Shown: in pieces, positions 22,829 through 36,321 of the stretch
Position numbering within the stretch: position 1 is the stretch's first letter
How the letters are laid out: the number at the start of each line of letters is the position of its first letter
DNA from: Phoronis australis
Lineage: Eukaryota; Animalia; Phoronida
Length of the DNA stretch: 64,000 bases
Direction: 5' to 3'
Assembly (NCBI GenBank): GCA_002633005.1
Contig: NMRA01000115.1
Span: 180,309 to 244,308 of the forward strand
Program-made: the position numbers and the translations under genes
The notes under the pieces: model-generated
What the model was told of the DNA's origin: nothing
What the model saw: only the letters and a program-made list of their open reading frames with translations
Database searches by the model: none

Positions 22829-25042
22829 ATGGCGTGCTTGCCAAGTACTTCAGTTCTAGGAATTTGCTGTGTATTTGTATGGCTGTGCTGTGGTAAGTTC
22901 ATATTTTAAAAACTACACTGAACGAAAATCTATCGCATATCAAATAATTTTTTTAAATATTCTCTAATAAAAAATAACTCTACAAAATTTGGAATCGCTA
23001 TAAAGAACAACACTTTAATAGATTTTTCGATGCCTTTTTGATAATTGTATAAATTGTGTGAAATGTTAGGGTCATACATTTAAAAATTCCATTTTGGCAC
23101 CTGGTTTGCACCGGTAACTTTGTAAAGCTCCGCATTAACATCAGTGTCTGTTCATTTGCACTTGATGTATATACATGTGAAGTATCGCAATATAAAAACT
23201 GCCTATTATTATGGCAATCACTTAACTCCTGAGACCAAGGAGAATTTTCCCAACGTGATCAAACCAAAAGGTTCATAAAACCTTTTGAATCTAGATAGAT
23301 TGCAGTGGCGGACTTAGAGGGAGCCAAGGGGGCCATGCCCCCCTAAAATTCTCCAAGATTCCATTTAGCAGTTCAGGAGTGCCAATGTCTGACAGGCAAA
23401 ATCCTGGCTAATACTCTGCCNNNCCCCCCCAACTCAACATCCTGGATCCGCCCATAGATTGGGGATAAGACACGTCATTCAAATTTTGACGGGCCACTGT
23501 AGCCTAGCCCGACACAGACGCATTACTGGGAATATGGGGAGGCCAGTGTGTCCAGGGTGTGGTACTGACGTTGAATCCCCTAAACACCTGCCCAGCTTTT
23601 TATAGGCTAAGGAGCAACCTACTGGATGGCACTGTTACATGCCTACAAGAAATGGAAACGTCTGTCCGTTTTCTTAAAGGAGACGGGCAGACTTGAAAAC
23701 TTCCTTCACAAAGAACCATAATGGGACTCTCGTGCTTTTGCTCAGGTGTTTTGTGCGATGGGCCCAACCATAAGCCTTTCTCACGTCTGATGCACTGCAA
23801 ATGACATCAGGCCACCTGCGCTGTTTTTTTTTGTTTTTTTTTTGCGATCACGCGGGATGTATGATGAATTGATTAGAACGATCATTCCAGTTACGTGACG
23901 CAATTAATAATTTTGAAAAGGTTTTTTTATAATTTGTGTTGATCAAAGACATGGTTCATTCACCGACTAGTGGTCAGGATTTGATAGATGATGGAAAAAC
24001 GCCGTAATTTAGGTAGCCCATTTTTGGATGACGAAAGCACTATAAACAGGTTTGTGTAACTGTCACGAAAAACTGGCGATATAAAAGATGCTATGAGAAA
24101 AGGTAGCACAAAACTTCGATATCAAGTCTCAGATCAGCAAATTTTAAATCAGTCATAGTGAAGGCACGGACAAATTTGTCAGAAATTTAAGCTATAGCAT
24201 CAAGCCAAGATCCAGCATCAATGACTTTGACACAATTTTGTATAGGAGTGGAATTCCATTACCCATCATTTTCATTAATAGCATGAGATGCGCGTCATGC
24301 ATGCAACGTGATGATGGACCAATCGAATACCGTCGTATTGAAATAAAAAGCTCTTCACTATAAAAAGATCATTATTTGCTTTTCATGTTGACGTCTCAGT
24401 TAGCCACTTGGTCCTTTTGAGACAATCTACGCGAGTAATATGCATTTTGTTAGCAAGACCAGTAAACACAACAGCACATAATCGTACAAAAGTTCTTTAC
24501 TGAAGTTGTCAGTAATCCATTCAAACATGCCACTGTTGCCTTGATACATGTACATGAGTAAGTGTCAGGGAATCACGTTTTTATTTAAAAAGACACATTA
24601 GGTTCTAATTTTCATAAAACTGTAAATATGATTTTTAAGCATAGGTTGAATAAATTTTTAGAAGTGGTGTTATATAATTATACACCCGCTTTGCGATTTG
24701 ATCGTAAATATGTCTACACCATTTCTTGTCTTCTGTCAGTATTTATCAGTGTAAAGGACAGTGTGTCTGTTATATCGTAATACAATGAAGTTGATAGACT
24801 GACCCAAACCAATAGTCACTCGAATTCATTCTATATAATTTTCAACAAAAAGATTCATAAGGCAAAACAGAACCAGTTCCATCTAGCAAATTAAAACATA
24901 TCTTACACCTTTGTGATTCCATGAAATTTTGCAGTGTTTCCGAATTTATTCACTGAACTGTACCATAAAGGCTGATAAACTACATTTAAAGTCTGTAATG
25001 CAGTGCTACCAGTCACAGGACAGTTGCACACTATTTACGTGC

Positions 25043-25096
<54 letters not shown>

Positions 25097-28000
25097 AATT
25101 TTTGAAGCCTGAATAAACCGTGTTTTCTTGATTTCACCCAAAGGTCAGTGATCGGGCGCTTGTTTTTGAAAGCTTAAATCGCGCTTACCAATTTCGTAGA
25201 CTTTTGCGGACTTTTCAAACTATGTTGACCTGAAAGGGTTATTTTGTTTAAATCATTTAGTAGTATTCCAAACACGTTAATTTGCTTTAAGTGAGTTCCT
25301 GCTTGCTTGTGTGTGTAGTTCATCAAAACCTATCCTAGCCTTCCGTTACAGCTGCTGTAGCGTGCGCACTCAATTGTTCAGCGAAGGTAGACGTTGTGAT
25401 CTTGTTAGACAGCTCGTTCAGCGTAGGAAGCCAAAACTTTAAACTCGCAAAACAATTCATGGTTGAGATTGTTAAATCGTTTCCCATTGGTCTCCATGGC
25501 ACGCAGGTCGCAGTTATAACATACGGCACTGATGCTACGATCCAGTTCCATCTCAACAAATTTCAGGATGTTGAAAGCCTCTCTGAAGCTATTTCACAAA
25601 TTCCCTACATTCAAGGATTTACTAATACGCATGAGGCAATAAAGCTCATGCGCTTGAAAGCGTTTAATCCAATGAATGGAGATCGCCCGGACGCTTCAAA
25701 CATATGCCTGCTAATAACTGATGGAATATCATCAAATCCGACACAAACTCTGAAAGAAGTCAATTTAGCAAGGAGATCGAATGTGCCGTCAATATTGGCT
25801 GTGGGAATAGGATGGACAAGTGTCCCACTGGAGTTACAGTTTATTGCCAACAAGCCAACCAATGAATGGGTGACCATGACAAAAACGTTCAGCGGACTTG
25901 ATGTCATCAAAGAAAAGGTCTCCCGTAAGACTTGTAGAGGTAAACGTGTTTAACATTATCCAGACAATATTGTCGATCTCCTTCTGTGACATTTTTTATC
26001 ATTTGCTTAATTAATTTTTGGCAATTGCCATGCGGTATGTGTGTCTGAATATCGCAAGTCTTACTTACACTGTACATGTAAGTCTAGCTCACCCGCCATA
26101 TCAAGGGGTTGTAACTCAACACGTTACCACTCGCAAGTCACAAAACACTTGCCCGGTAGAGATAGTTCCTACCTTACCACACTCTACATGATTTTAACCC
26201 CCGACTCACAAAGAGCACTCATCATATGGCGCAAAAACATAGAATCCAACCAAACACAGGAACATGCCATATTTCATAAAAATCTGTCAAGGAACATCAG
26301 AGAAACAAAGGAAAACAGAATAAAATGAAATTGCCACTAGTGGACAGTGTCCTTTGGATCCGTCTGAAAGTCGTAGTCGTCTGTTGTTATCTTCATATAA
26401 ACACACTTACTTAATTTAGTAAAGATCCTGCAGTGCATGGCAAACGAGGTAGATCTACACACAGCTAGATACACGGTACTACATGTATGTAGCATTCAGG
26501 GCTGCTGCTCCAACGGTGCGTGGTTAGGATCCTTTATGTAAAAAGTTCTTCCGGTGCATGGTAAATCTTTTGCGGAGAGTTTAGAGGTTCCACTGCCGTG
26601 CTAATATTCCGCTTTGTGATAGTGGGGCGTGCCTGTGAGGATTCGAATTTTGCCCGTGATACCTGTCCTCGACACAGTTGAATTGATACCTTCACTATGC
26701 TATTCTACGAAAACAATCGAAACTTGTTTTACTGACTCATTGAAAAGAATGCTCCATACATTATATGCAAACTGGTCATTCTCTTCCATGGAAGCCACAA
26801 AAAGAAGTCAAAACAGAGAGACGCAAACTACTATGCAGCTGAAAGTTTCGAGAGAAGAGACGCTTAAAACATCCACACCGATATCAACAACGTTAAATGA
26901 AGAAACACGACCAGCATCATCATTAACGAGAACAAGTCCTTCAGGTACAGACTTTGATAACCAAGGAAATATTTACTGGAGCCATTATAAGTGAGGTTTG
27001 GGATAAATGTTTCTAAGCATTTTGGTCGTAGAGCAATTAGTATTTTTCTGAGGTCTGCTGCATGAAGGGTATTAATTAATTTTTCAGTGTACACTATATT
27101 TGTTCACTCATTAGTGATTTATTTTTCTACCATTTTATCTGTATCGATGAGCATCTCTTTCACATACGACAATTTTAATAATACACCTGAAAACTAATAG
27201 AAACTAGATCATTCAATTAAGCATGCGCACCTATCCTTTAATATGGGGGGCTCGAATCTCTGACAAAGTGGACCTTTTGCTAACAAAAAAGCGGGAGGAC
27301 TAAAAAAAAAGAAAAAAACGGTACCACCTTCAGGTCTGTGAACTGTGCGTCTGCGTCTTTTTAGTGGACTTTTGTCTCGTTTTCTCGGGCTTTTTGTTTC
27401 TCTGAGGAGGACCTTTTTACCCGAGCCCTCCCCCCTGGGTGCGCGCATGTTAAAGACATGATTACCGTGAAAAGGTTGCTCTTTATTTTGAAAGCTATTA
27501 AGAATTCGAGGTAGAATTTAATCTCGCTATGTATCAATGGAGACAAAATAGCAAAAGAACGCAAGCAGTCAGTGTTTGCGCAAAGTTCATAAATGCTTTG
27601 AAAATTTAGGGAACATAGCCAAGTCCGTACTGGAACTGTTCCATGCCACCAGCCATTGTGCCCCGTTTTATCAAACTTGGTATGTCTTATCTCACATGTA
27701 GCTGAGGCGGTCGTATTTTCGTTGTTAAATTTATACACATTTCATTTTACACGGATCGCTAAGTATGAATGAGGAACATTACCAACCTAACGTTAGTTGC
27801 AACGAACCGCTCTTACAAAAATACGACAGCGTCGCGTTTGCAATAACATGACTGAGACCGCCCTTAGCTACGATCAAACTTACAAGGCCTCTGAGAAAAC
27901 GTCATCTGTCAATTTCTGTTAAATTTGACCTTTTTTCAGGACTCACCAATCCCGAATGCACAGCGGCGTGCGATTTGGTATTCGTGCTTGATGCGTCATC

Positions 28001-31000
28001 TAGTGTAGGCAGGGAGAACTTCGCCAAGGCTAAGAAATTCATTCGAGATGTTGCTGCAGCTTTTGCAATCGATGACGACAACTTTCAAATTGGCGTCATT
28101 TTGTTTTCAACCAGCGCAAGTGTTGCAATACCGCTTGCGAGACACAAAAGTAAAAATAGTTTACTGCAAGATATTGATAACTTACCATACCTAGAGGGCA
28201 GCACCAATACAGGGAAAGCGTTGGAAATCTTGCGTAACGAAGTCTTTACATCTAGTGGAGGCGATAGGCCGCTAGTGTCCAATATTGCAATCATAATGAC
28301 AGACGGAATCTCGAACAATAACTCAGACACCGTCCTGCAGGCGAAAATGGCCAAGGCTTACAACGTGCCATATATATTCTCTCTGGCAATCGGCTCTTCG
28401 GTATCCATTGGTGAACTTGTCCAAATCGCAACTAACCCTCCGACGCAGTGGCTTTTGAGAGCGGGAAGTTTCTCGGAGTTGACGAACGTCAAAGACATGA
28501 TTGTCAACAAAACGTGTAGAGGTAGAAACTACGTGTTTGGAAAATAATCATCAACATTGAATTAGACACATGTCGATGTAGTTATTGTCTAATGGTGGCG
28601 TTAATTAAACACAACATCTGGGGATTCACAATTTAGCACGTTAACCAAGCCGGTGGAACAGTTCAGCTTCGTAGTTTGATTAGTTGTCTGCTTTGCTTTG
28701 GAAGCAATAGGCTCTAGGTTTTACCCTGCTTTAACTGTGTACATTGTAGTCACACGTAGTGCTAGTTCACCTCACACTGAGGCACACTCTTAATACCGTT
28801 GAGTTTTATCATTTCAGTCGCCACAACTGTCACCGCATCGTATTCCTGCACGCCACACCACAAAATTGGTACGTACGCAATAGCTGTGGAGATTCCTTAT
28901 GTGTGGCTATTTAACCTTTGCAAAGAACCGGGCTCACTTCAACTGCGACACCGGTGAATCAAAATACAATACGGCGTCAGTGGTTCTTCTAAGTATCAAC
29001 TTTCCATTGATCAGAGGTTGTGCTATGGGTTGCATAGCCAAATAAAATTTTCAAAATGTCGCAAAAAACGTTTTACTAATTCCCTACACACCTTGCTTCT
29101 TGTAAACAGTTGCTGGTGAAGAGTGGGTCTAGTGACGTAACAGCTCTGTACTGTTTTCTAGAAACTAACACGTCAACTTTTGAAGTATATTCGTGCCAGA
29201 AAACATGGCAAGAAGCTAGAAAACACTGCCTGAACAATGGGAGTCACCTTGCAACAGAAACGTTCAAAGAGTTTTTTGAAGGACTGTCAATCACTGGCCT
29301 TTGGATTGGTGGATACAAGAAAAAGCGATGGTTTTGGTCGGACGGTAGGTTGGACTTTAGGCAACTTTATAATCAACCATTGTTGGGTCTGCCATTTTGA
29401 AAATAGGTGTGGCGGTGCGGTATTTTTTGTTTGTGTGGTAACTGGTACAGCTTGATCCTGTCAGGTAGTTTTTATAGTTTTGATTGACTTTCCAAAGGGT
29501 TTACGTGGCTTTTGAAAGTAGGTTCTATTTTTAGTAGTGCCAGGCGTAGGTTTCAAAATGAGCAGGGGTGCAGTCCATAACAATACATTCTTGGCACAGC
29601 ACAGAAACGTTTTCCTGACAATGTAGCGGCAGAATTATTGACCGGGGTAAATATCACTTTAACTTGATTTGGTACAAATTACTAAAAGAGTGACAAGAAA
29701 GCCAAGACGAAGTGATTCAAAAATTTGCGAATTTGTTGACGAAACATTGTATTAGTATATAGTTATGAGCTGCAAATGCCAGATCTGTTTCGACATTCGT
29801 AAACTGGGGTTCCTTTATTCTTCTAGGAAAGGAAGTCACGTGGTACGATTGGTATCCTGGGGAGCCCAATGACAGTGATGGAAGTGAAGACGCTATTCAG
29901 CTGTTTCCATTTAGTGGTACTAGTTCCGGACCAGCATAACATTCATATAACAAGTAACAGGAATGGTGTTCCTCTAGCTCTCATTTTTACATACATGTAC
30001 CGCGGTCAAACGTGGAATGGTCTACGTTTGAGTTTGGAAAATTAAAGTCTAAATCAGACGCTTGAACGAGCGTTCACAAATGTGTCTTAGTCTGCTGTCT
30101 TACGAGTAGTTAGGATAACAATTTATTGGGACCGATTCCGAGGGCAAAATCAGTCAGACGGAGCAATGGTGAGCAATGTTGCAGCATTGCTATAGATATT
30201 GAGCAATGTTGCAATATTGCTCTCCCGAGGTTAACATGATATTACAGTATATAGCCAAGGAATCGGTCTATATTTCATGGGCGGCGCACCATAAGGGGCT
30301 GTGTTGTGGGGGACTATAGCTCCCACTTTTTCAGTGCTGCGTCACTCTTGTCTATGGGGGGCGCACCATATGAGGGGCTAAGGGCTATAGCCCCCACTTA
30401 TTTCAGAGCTGCGCCGTCCATGTATTTGTTTTAATACACGACTACTGATGATTTTTCCTCTTATTTTTGCCTCGTGTTAGATAAAAATCAAATGAATTCT
30501 AAAATGCACGTGGAATTGTCTTTGGGAAATCTCTTGCTTCACTGGCTTACCTCAAACTGCGGTGTGGACCTCAGATTTGAAATGCAATCACACATAATAA
30601 CCTGTTCTTTATGATCATTTTGTCAGTCAGCTGTTCTTCGAATGACTGTAAGCGCATGCGCGCATTCATCATAAGTGGGAGGAAGGTTAGAAACTTTGTG
30701 GTGTAACAAATTTTTCCTTCGTTGGTTTTACAAAAATCGCAATTTTTGTGGATTAATGTGGAAATTCCTTCAAAGGGGAAAGTTAGTAATTCTGAAATGG
30801 ACAATGCAAAGTGGTACTTTTGTCACGAATTGCTTAAAAGATATTTTTGCCAAGATTTCCATGCCTCTCGAAGTAAACGATTATTTTATCTATTATTTAA
30901 GACAAAGTTCGATTTATTAAAGTCATACTGTTTGCATGCTGTAGTTTGTAAAATAATAATTGTTTTTTTTAGGTAGCACTGCATACCCCTGTTGATTTTA

Positions 31001-34000
31001 AGATCACTTGGTACTTGTACTTCGGCATTATTCATTGAATGCTGTATCAGCCAATGCTCATGACCGACTTTTATTTTGCTCGGCAGGAAGCTGTGGCCCG
31101 AAGAATACTTCCGTCTGTGCTTGGGCAGGAATATGACGAACATGTACCTTTATAATTAAGATTTCGAGGTTTTGGGAAGTTATACTGTTGACATAAACGA
31201 TTCAGTATCCTGTCAATGACCTTATTGCTAAAATATTTTCATGCAGAAAGAACATACCAGTGGAACGACGGAGGCAGCGAGAAGTCTAAAGACGGACATT
31301 TAAGAAACTCTTATCTTTGCCAACTAAAAGGTGATTGTCTTTTAAGAGGTATTCCAATGAATTAAAGAGTCAGAACGGTGTTGCATAATTCTGAATATTG
31401 TAACAAAATGCATCACACAAAGTGGGGCAAGGAAAGTAGCATCTATTACAAGCCAAGTTTAATATGGATATGGCAATGTTTTAGGAAACAACTGCTCAAG
31501 TGGAGATCAGAAGGGTGCCGAAACATGCTTGTACAACTCATCTCTCAACACAACTTACCATTTTGGGACCAAGGATGACCAAGAGTACAAGTGGTCAGAC
31601 GCCAGGGAAAAGTGCAGAAGCGACTTTGGCGGTTTCCTAGCTAGAATTGAAAACCCTGCAGAGGAGAGGCTCGTCACACAATGGCTGAATAACCAGACTA
31701 ATAAACAAGTGTTGTACTGGATCGATGGATTCTGGAATAAATCTGCACCAGAAATATGGACATGGGCCGATGGTATAATTGCATTGGTGCAATAGTTGCC
31801 ATTTTCTCCTTTACATTAATTTTGTTACTTCAGACCTTACAAATGTAGGTCCAATGTGAAAATCAGTAAAAGCTTGGACTCATTCATAGCCAGCTTTTAA
31901 ACAATAAGAAATACGCAGTGAGTCAAAACTTGAAAATGTTCCGACTTAATGTTTAATCACACTTCCTGGCAAATGAATTCATTTCGTTTTTTTATTCAGT
32001 AGGTCTTCTCACGAGTCTTTTTGTAGATTATAGCATAAGAGGTTTACTTCAGTGAAGGTCAGCTAACAATTCCGCAACTTTTGCGTTTATGCAATAATTT
32101 TCAAGACTCCAGAAAATTAATGATAATTCCGCATGCACTTTGAATACATACGAGATGCAAACCTGTATACCTATCCAAAGCAAACTTATTATGACAATGT
32201 ATAGTTTATAATAAACAAATCTGCCTGAAAGATGCGTTTCTTTGTCGTAATAACTGTTTTTTTAAATTCAGGGAATCGTGATGTTAAGTCAGAAGAGGTT
32301 GATTGGGACAACACAGAACCCTCTGGCGACCTCAAGCAAAACTGCATTGTAATGAAAAACAACACGCGTTGGAACAACTTGGCATGTTCCACACAACAAG
32401 GATTTGTGTGTCAATATGGTAGGTACAACACAGACAATTGTACGCGACTTTGAATCCATGGCAACGGCACGTGAATTCACTGTATCTGATGTGGTTGTTT
32501 TCAGGGCCTCTATGAAAAATTATGTTCTGCACTGGTGGCCTATTCCTCGTTAAGAATATTGATAAAAGACGCCGTTTCGATCGTTGGACTTCAGACGTAC
32601 ATGAACTGTACAACTCATTAATTGAAGTGACAATGACTGACCTCTATCTGATTTAGGGATGAGGTTAAGTAAAAGAACACTAAGCCTGGTTTGAGGTTAT
32701 TAATAGATCTTGGCAAACCCTTTCCCATCTACATGTACAGTACAAGACAAAAGTAATCGGACAAAATACAGTTTTCCTGCCATGACAGCTAATTCTGTTA
32801 ACAAAATGACTGTTAATAACCATGTGGTTGTGGCAACTATATTGCAGAATGAAATAGCCATCTTACTAATTTCTTGGTTAATTACCTTTCATTTTCGGTC
32901 ATTAGGGAATGTTACATTGACAAACTTCGCCTTCCAACCAACCGTCCTGACGCGGAATTCCGAGTCAGTTTCTCTGAATACATTTGCCGTGTACTGCAGC
33001 TCTCTAAATTAATGGTGTCACTCGCCCCAAATTTCAAAGCTTGCAGTATATTTTGAAACTCCTGTCAAATTCTGCTAAAGCAGCAAGCGCGACAAACACT
33101 CTATCCTAGTCACTTGATTAGTATGCAAGAAGACCGCTCTCAAAGTCTACGGCTTCATTTTATGACGTTGTGACTATGTGTTTTCGGGTGAAAGTGTCTC
33201 CCGAAATTACGATCGCCATTACAACCGAGGCTGCGCTCGTGTTTTACATCCGTAATCGTTATATCTTTTACGCTCGTATTTTGCCCATGTTATGAAGGAT
33301 AAAACTCAGGTGAAAAGTAAATAAGCTCCAAAGATTGATATTTTAATTTGTGCCCCAGCCATCCCAGGCATTCGAGAGTGGTCCTTTTTAATACATCTTG
33401 AGCTGCCAAAATGAATATCTAGCAGGCTGTGCAACAGTGTTTTTGTTTTATTTATTGAAATTATCACGCCTTTTCAATATTTAGACCAAGTTTCATTCTC
33501 TTACTCTAAGCAGCACCTGCAGATGGCGTATGAAATTTGCAAAAAGTGTAGGTTTAAACCAGTTTTGGGGGGAAAATGTAGCAAAATTTCTGAATGCTGG
33601 TGATAAATCACTCATCTTCATTCTCGACATTTGGATAAAAACCATTTGCACCACGAAATGTGCACCAAAAACAATATCGAATGAGTACTACTGCTGCACT
33701 GGTAATTGAATATAAAGAGGCCTTGCTAAAATTACGAGCGTAACATTAGGAGCGAAAAACACTGGAGAAAATTACGAACATACAATTTCTTCCGAACTCA
33801 CGTGACCTACAAGCCATTTTCTGATTGTACGTAACGATTGATAAAACACGACCAAAGACTTGGTCGTAATTACAAGCGTAAGTACGCGGGACACTTTCCC
33901 TCAAACGGCTCACCATACATCCGCTTTCATCACTCCAGTAAGACAACAATTAGCAGGGGACAGACCATGGATTGGAAGATTCATTGAAATCACTAAAAAC

Positions 34001-36266
34001 AGATCATTATCATTTTAAACAGTCGATGAGTAGATAATGATCGCTTTCAGTTCTTTTCACTCATATAGAGATATGAACCAAATCTAGGTACGTGCCAACT
34101 ACAATTTAAAATTACCGTGACTCTGAAGACACTTTGCCATAAAATTAAAACAAATCCAGGAATTCTGCTACAGATTTCACATAGAAATTTCTCTGTCGGG
34201 ATTTCACGTGCGCAGTAAGTTTCATCACCACTTATGGCCGCTAAAATCTGAGTGATTAGCTAGCTAGCTGTTTATGACCAAGCATCAAAACAGATCAACT
34301 AATCGATGCAACTAAAAACTGGTGAAATGAGGGAAACAGCGGTTTTTCAATTTACAAAAATTCTGTATTTGCAGTCCTCACAAAAACAAATATCAAATTA
34401 TAGCACGTTCGACTGTGCGTATTTTTAATACGGACAACCAAATGTAACCTATCTTGTGCGTTATGGACGTTTAAAGAAATACAATATAATGAACGCCATT
34501 TACTTTGCCTCACTCTCTCACCGGCCTACAGTAGGCTCTAGACTAGGATGTCGAAAAGAAAGATGTAATCAAAAGTGGAAGTGAATTTGATCACAAAAAC
34601 TCGTAATTCTAATGGACGTGCCTAGTTGTACGTATGAGCAACACAAGGAGAAGCTGATCAAGAAAGATAGTCTTTAAGTTTAAATTGTATCTTTGGCGAG
34701 GTGAACATGTAGTGTTTACTTCGCACTTAGCAGGTCCAGTTTGGCGCTCGCACTTTGAAATATATTTTGCCTTCCTCTGCATGATGAGCAGTGTGATATC
34801 AGTCCCTCTTTGGTTAGATGTTATATACAAGCGTCCTTCTTTGATTTAGTTGTCATTACATGCATGCAATTTGCTGAAAGAAATTTCACTTCAGACAAAG
34901 TTACAGCTACAGCAACAAGAACTAAAGGGGGAACATCGATAGATTTAACGGGCTGGCAAACAACAGATTCCGTTACAAGAACGAAGCCCTCTGCATTGCC
35001 GTCGACTGATTGTACCGCAACCATCAGTGCTCAACGTCAGACGACAAATCCTGCTGCAGAAACCAGACAAGAGGTGCCTACAACGACAACACGACTGTCG
35101 ATGACAACCAGTTCCGATCTACTGACCAAACCAACAGCTGCCAAGTCAAGTTTGACATCGGAAAACCTTATTACCACCCAACGGGCCCCTCCTACCACAC
35201 CAACGCGCACTACGCCTAGCACCAGAAACGCCAGAACAACCGACACTAGAGAAGCACTAGCGTGCCGGCCTTGTTCTTGCACGTGTCTAACAACTTACGA
35301 GAGCACAATGAAATCTACTTCTGGATGGAAATCTAGCATCACAGCGATGCGAACAAGGACTACGAGTTCAACAGAGTCTCTTTTCACGTGAGTAAGAAAG
35401 GTTAGGTTAACGAAGGTCTTCGTCGTGTATTGTTCAGACTGTGGTAATGTGATGATGATGGATGTAGCTGTCTCTTGGGAGTTTAACAAATATGATACGA
35501 ATCCCGAAATTTTGCAGGATTTCGTTTCTCCCATGCCATGCTGCTTTTTTGTCTGGGAATAGAAATTTTGTTGTATGCTATCATCTTGTGGACTGCTTAA
35601 AACATGAGCTAAAATGATCTTCTTTACTCAGTTTAATGATTTTAGTAATGGCACGACATGCTCCAGTGTTTATTTACAACCAATGCAGCTCAAACAGAAT
35701 AAAACTGTTTTATAGGTTTCAGCAACGTCGAAATGTACCATCAAGATCTTCGACTGAAACACCCCTGTCGGTGGAGAACTACCAACGCATCTTAAATGAC
35801 ATTGGACAAATTATGCTGATCGCACTCTTCGTAGTGGTAGCTGTATTACTGATCACGTCGTTTATCGTCATTTATTGGATGAAGAGGTGCGTGTAGTTTG
35901 GAACCATACTAACACATATTTACGAACCAGAAATTAACCGGCAAAATAACTACCATTTTCTTGAGGTGGCCAGTCATGTTTGCAGTAAACAGAATTTGCG
36001 TTCGTGACAGGAAGGCAGTATTCCCTCCAGTCAGTGATGTCGTTCAGATGCATTGTAAGTCTATGAATCGCAAAGCACTTTCATAAGATGTGTGCAGGAC
36101 ACAAGCAAAATTAAGATTTTAATTACAAAAATCTCGAATGTAGTTTTAGGAAGAGACCTGGTGAATAAAGTGATAGGCTAAGCTAAAATCGTCGACTTTC
36201 CTTTGCAGGAAACAACGAATTCATCCCAATAATAATATCGAAGACGGGGCTGAACTAGATGTGTGA
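22829..36266 (+). CDS. Type I membrane protein: signal peptide, 2 VWA, 2 C-type lectin domains, Ser/Thr mucin stalk, TM, short tail (~982 aa)
   Basis: Exons 22829-22892, 25352-25939, 26795-26944, 27940-28521, 28818-28868, 29162-29344, 29827-29916, 31247-31330, 31485-31772, 32272-32418, 34895-35387, 35716-35886, 36209-36266. Phases are compatible; 2949 nt ending in TGA. MIDAS motifs DSSFS and DASSS, TDG motifs, WIGG/EPN/WND and EPS/WNN lectin motifs, TM IMLIALFVVVAVLLITSFIVIYW. Confidence 0.85.
23303..23453. mobile_element. hAT-type MITE, copy 1
   Basis: CAGTGGCGGA...GGATCCGCCC with a perfect 8-bp TSD ATAGATTG (23295-23302 and 23454-23461). Confidence 0.8.
25045..25091. repeat. (GT)n microsatellite
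   Basis: Direct reading. Confidence 0.95.
25352..25939 (+). CDS. VWA domain 1 exon
   Basis: DVVILLDSSFSVG...GFTNT...LLITDG; flanking Cys pair (NCSA / KTCR); phase 1-1. Confidence 0.93.
27940..28521 (+). CDS. VWA domain 2 exon
   Basis: DLVFVLDASSSVG...GSTNTG...IIMTDG...KTCR; phase 1-1; paralogous to VWA1. Confidence 0.93.
29162..31330 (+). CDS. C-type lectin domain 1 (3 exons: 29162-29344, 29827-29916, 31247-31330)
   Basis: KTWQEARKHC...LWIGG...WFWSDG / WYPGEPND...EDAIQL / YQWND...SYLCQ. Confidence 0.85.
30276..30422. mobile_element. MITE with internal dimer, inside the CTL1 intron
   Basis: TIR CATGGGCGGCGCA / TGCGCCGTCCATG; TATTT on both flanks; two related ~75-nt internal units. Confidence 0.7.
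31485..32418 (+). CDS. C-type lectin domain 2 (2 exons: 31485-31772, 32272-32418)
   Basis: KWSDAREKC...GGFLARIEN...YWIDG...WTWADG / WDNTEPSG...QNCIVM...RWNNLACSTQQGFVCQ. Confidence 0.88.
34895..35387 (+). CDS. Thr/Ser-rich mucin-like stalk exon
   Basis: T/S-rich open frame containing CRPCSCTC; phase 1 in, phase 2 out (AC|GTGAGT). Confidence 0.8.
35716..35886 (+). CDS. Transmembrane exon
   Basis: 23-residue hydrophobic run followed by MKR; phase 2-2. Confidence 0.8.
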
Positions 36267-36321
36267 CAAACATTGGCGATACGTCGTTTCGACCATAGGA
36301 ACAGAAATGGTTCCTGACCTT

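Noticed and set aside
25335-28354. Minus-strand ORFs overlapping the VWA exons
   Set aside because: Antisense shadows of real plus-strand exons.
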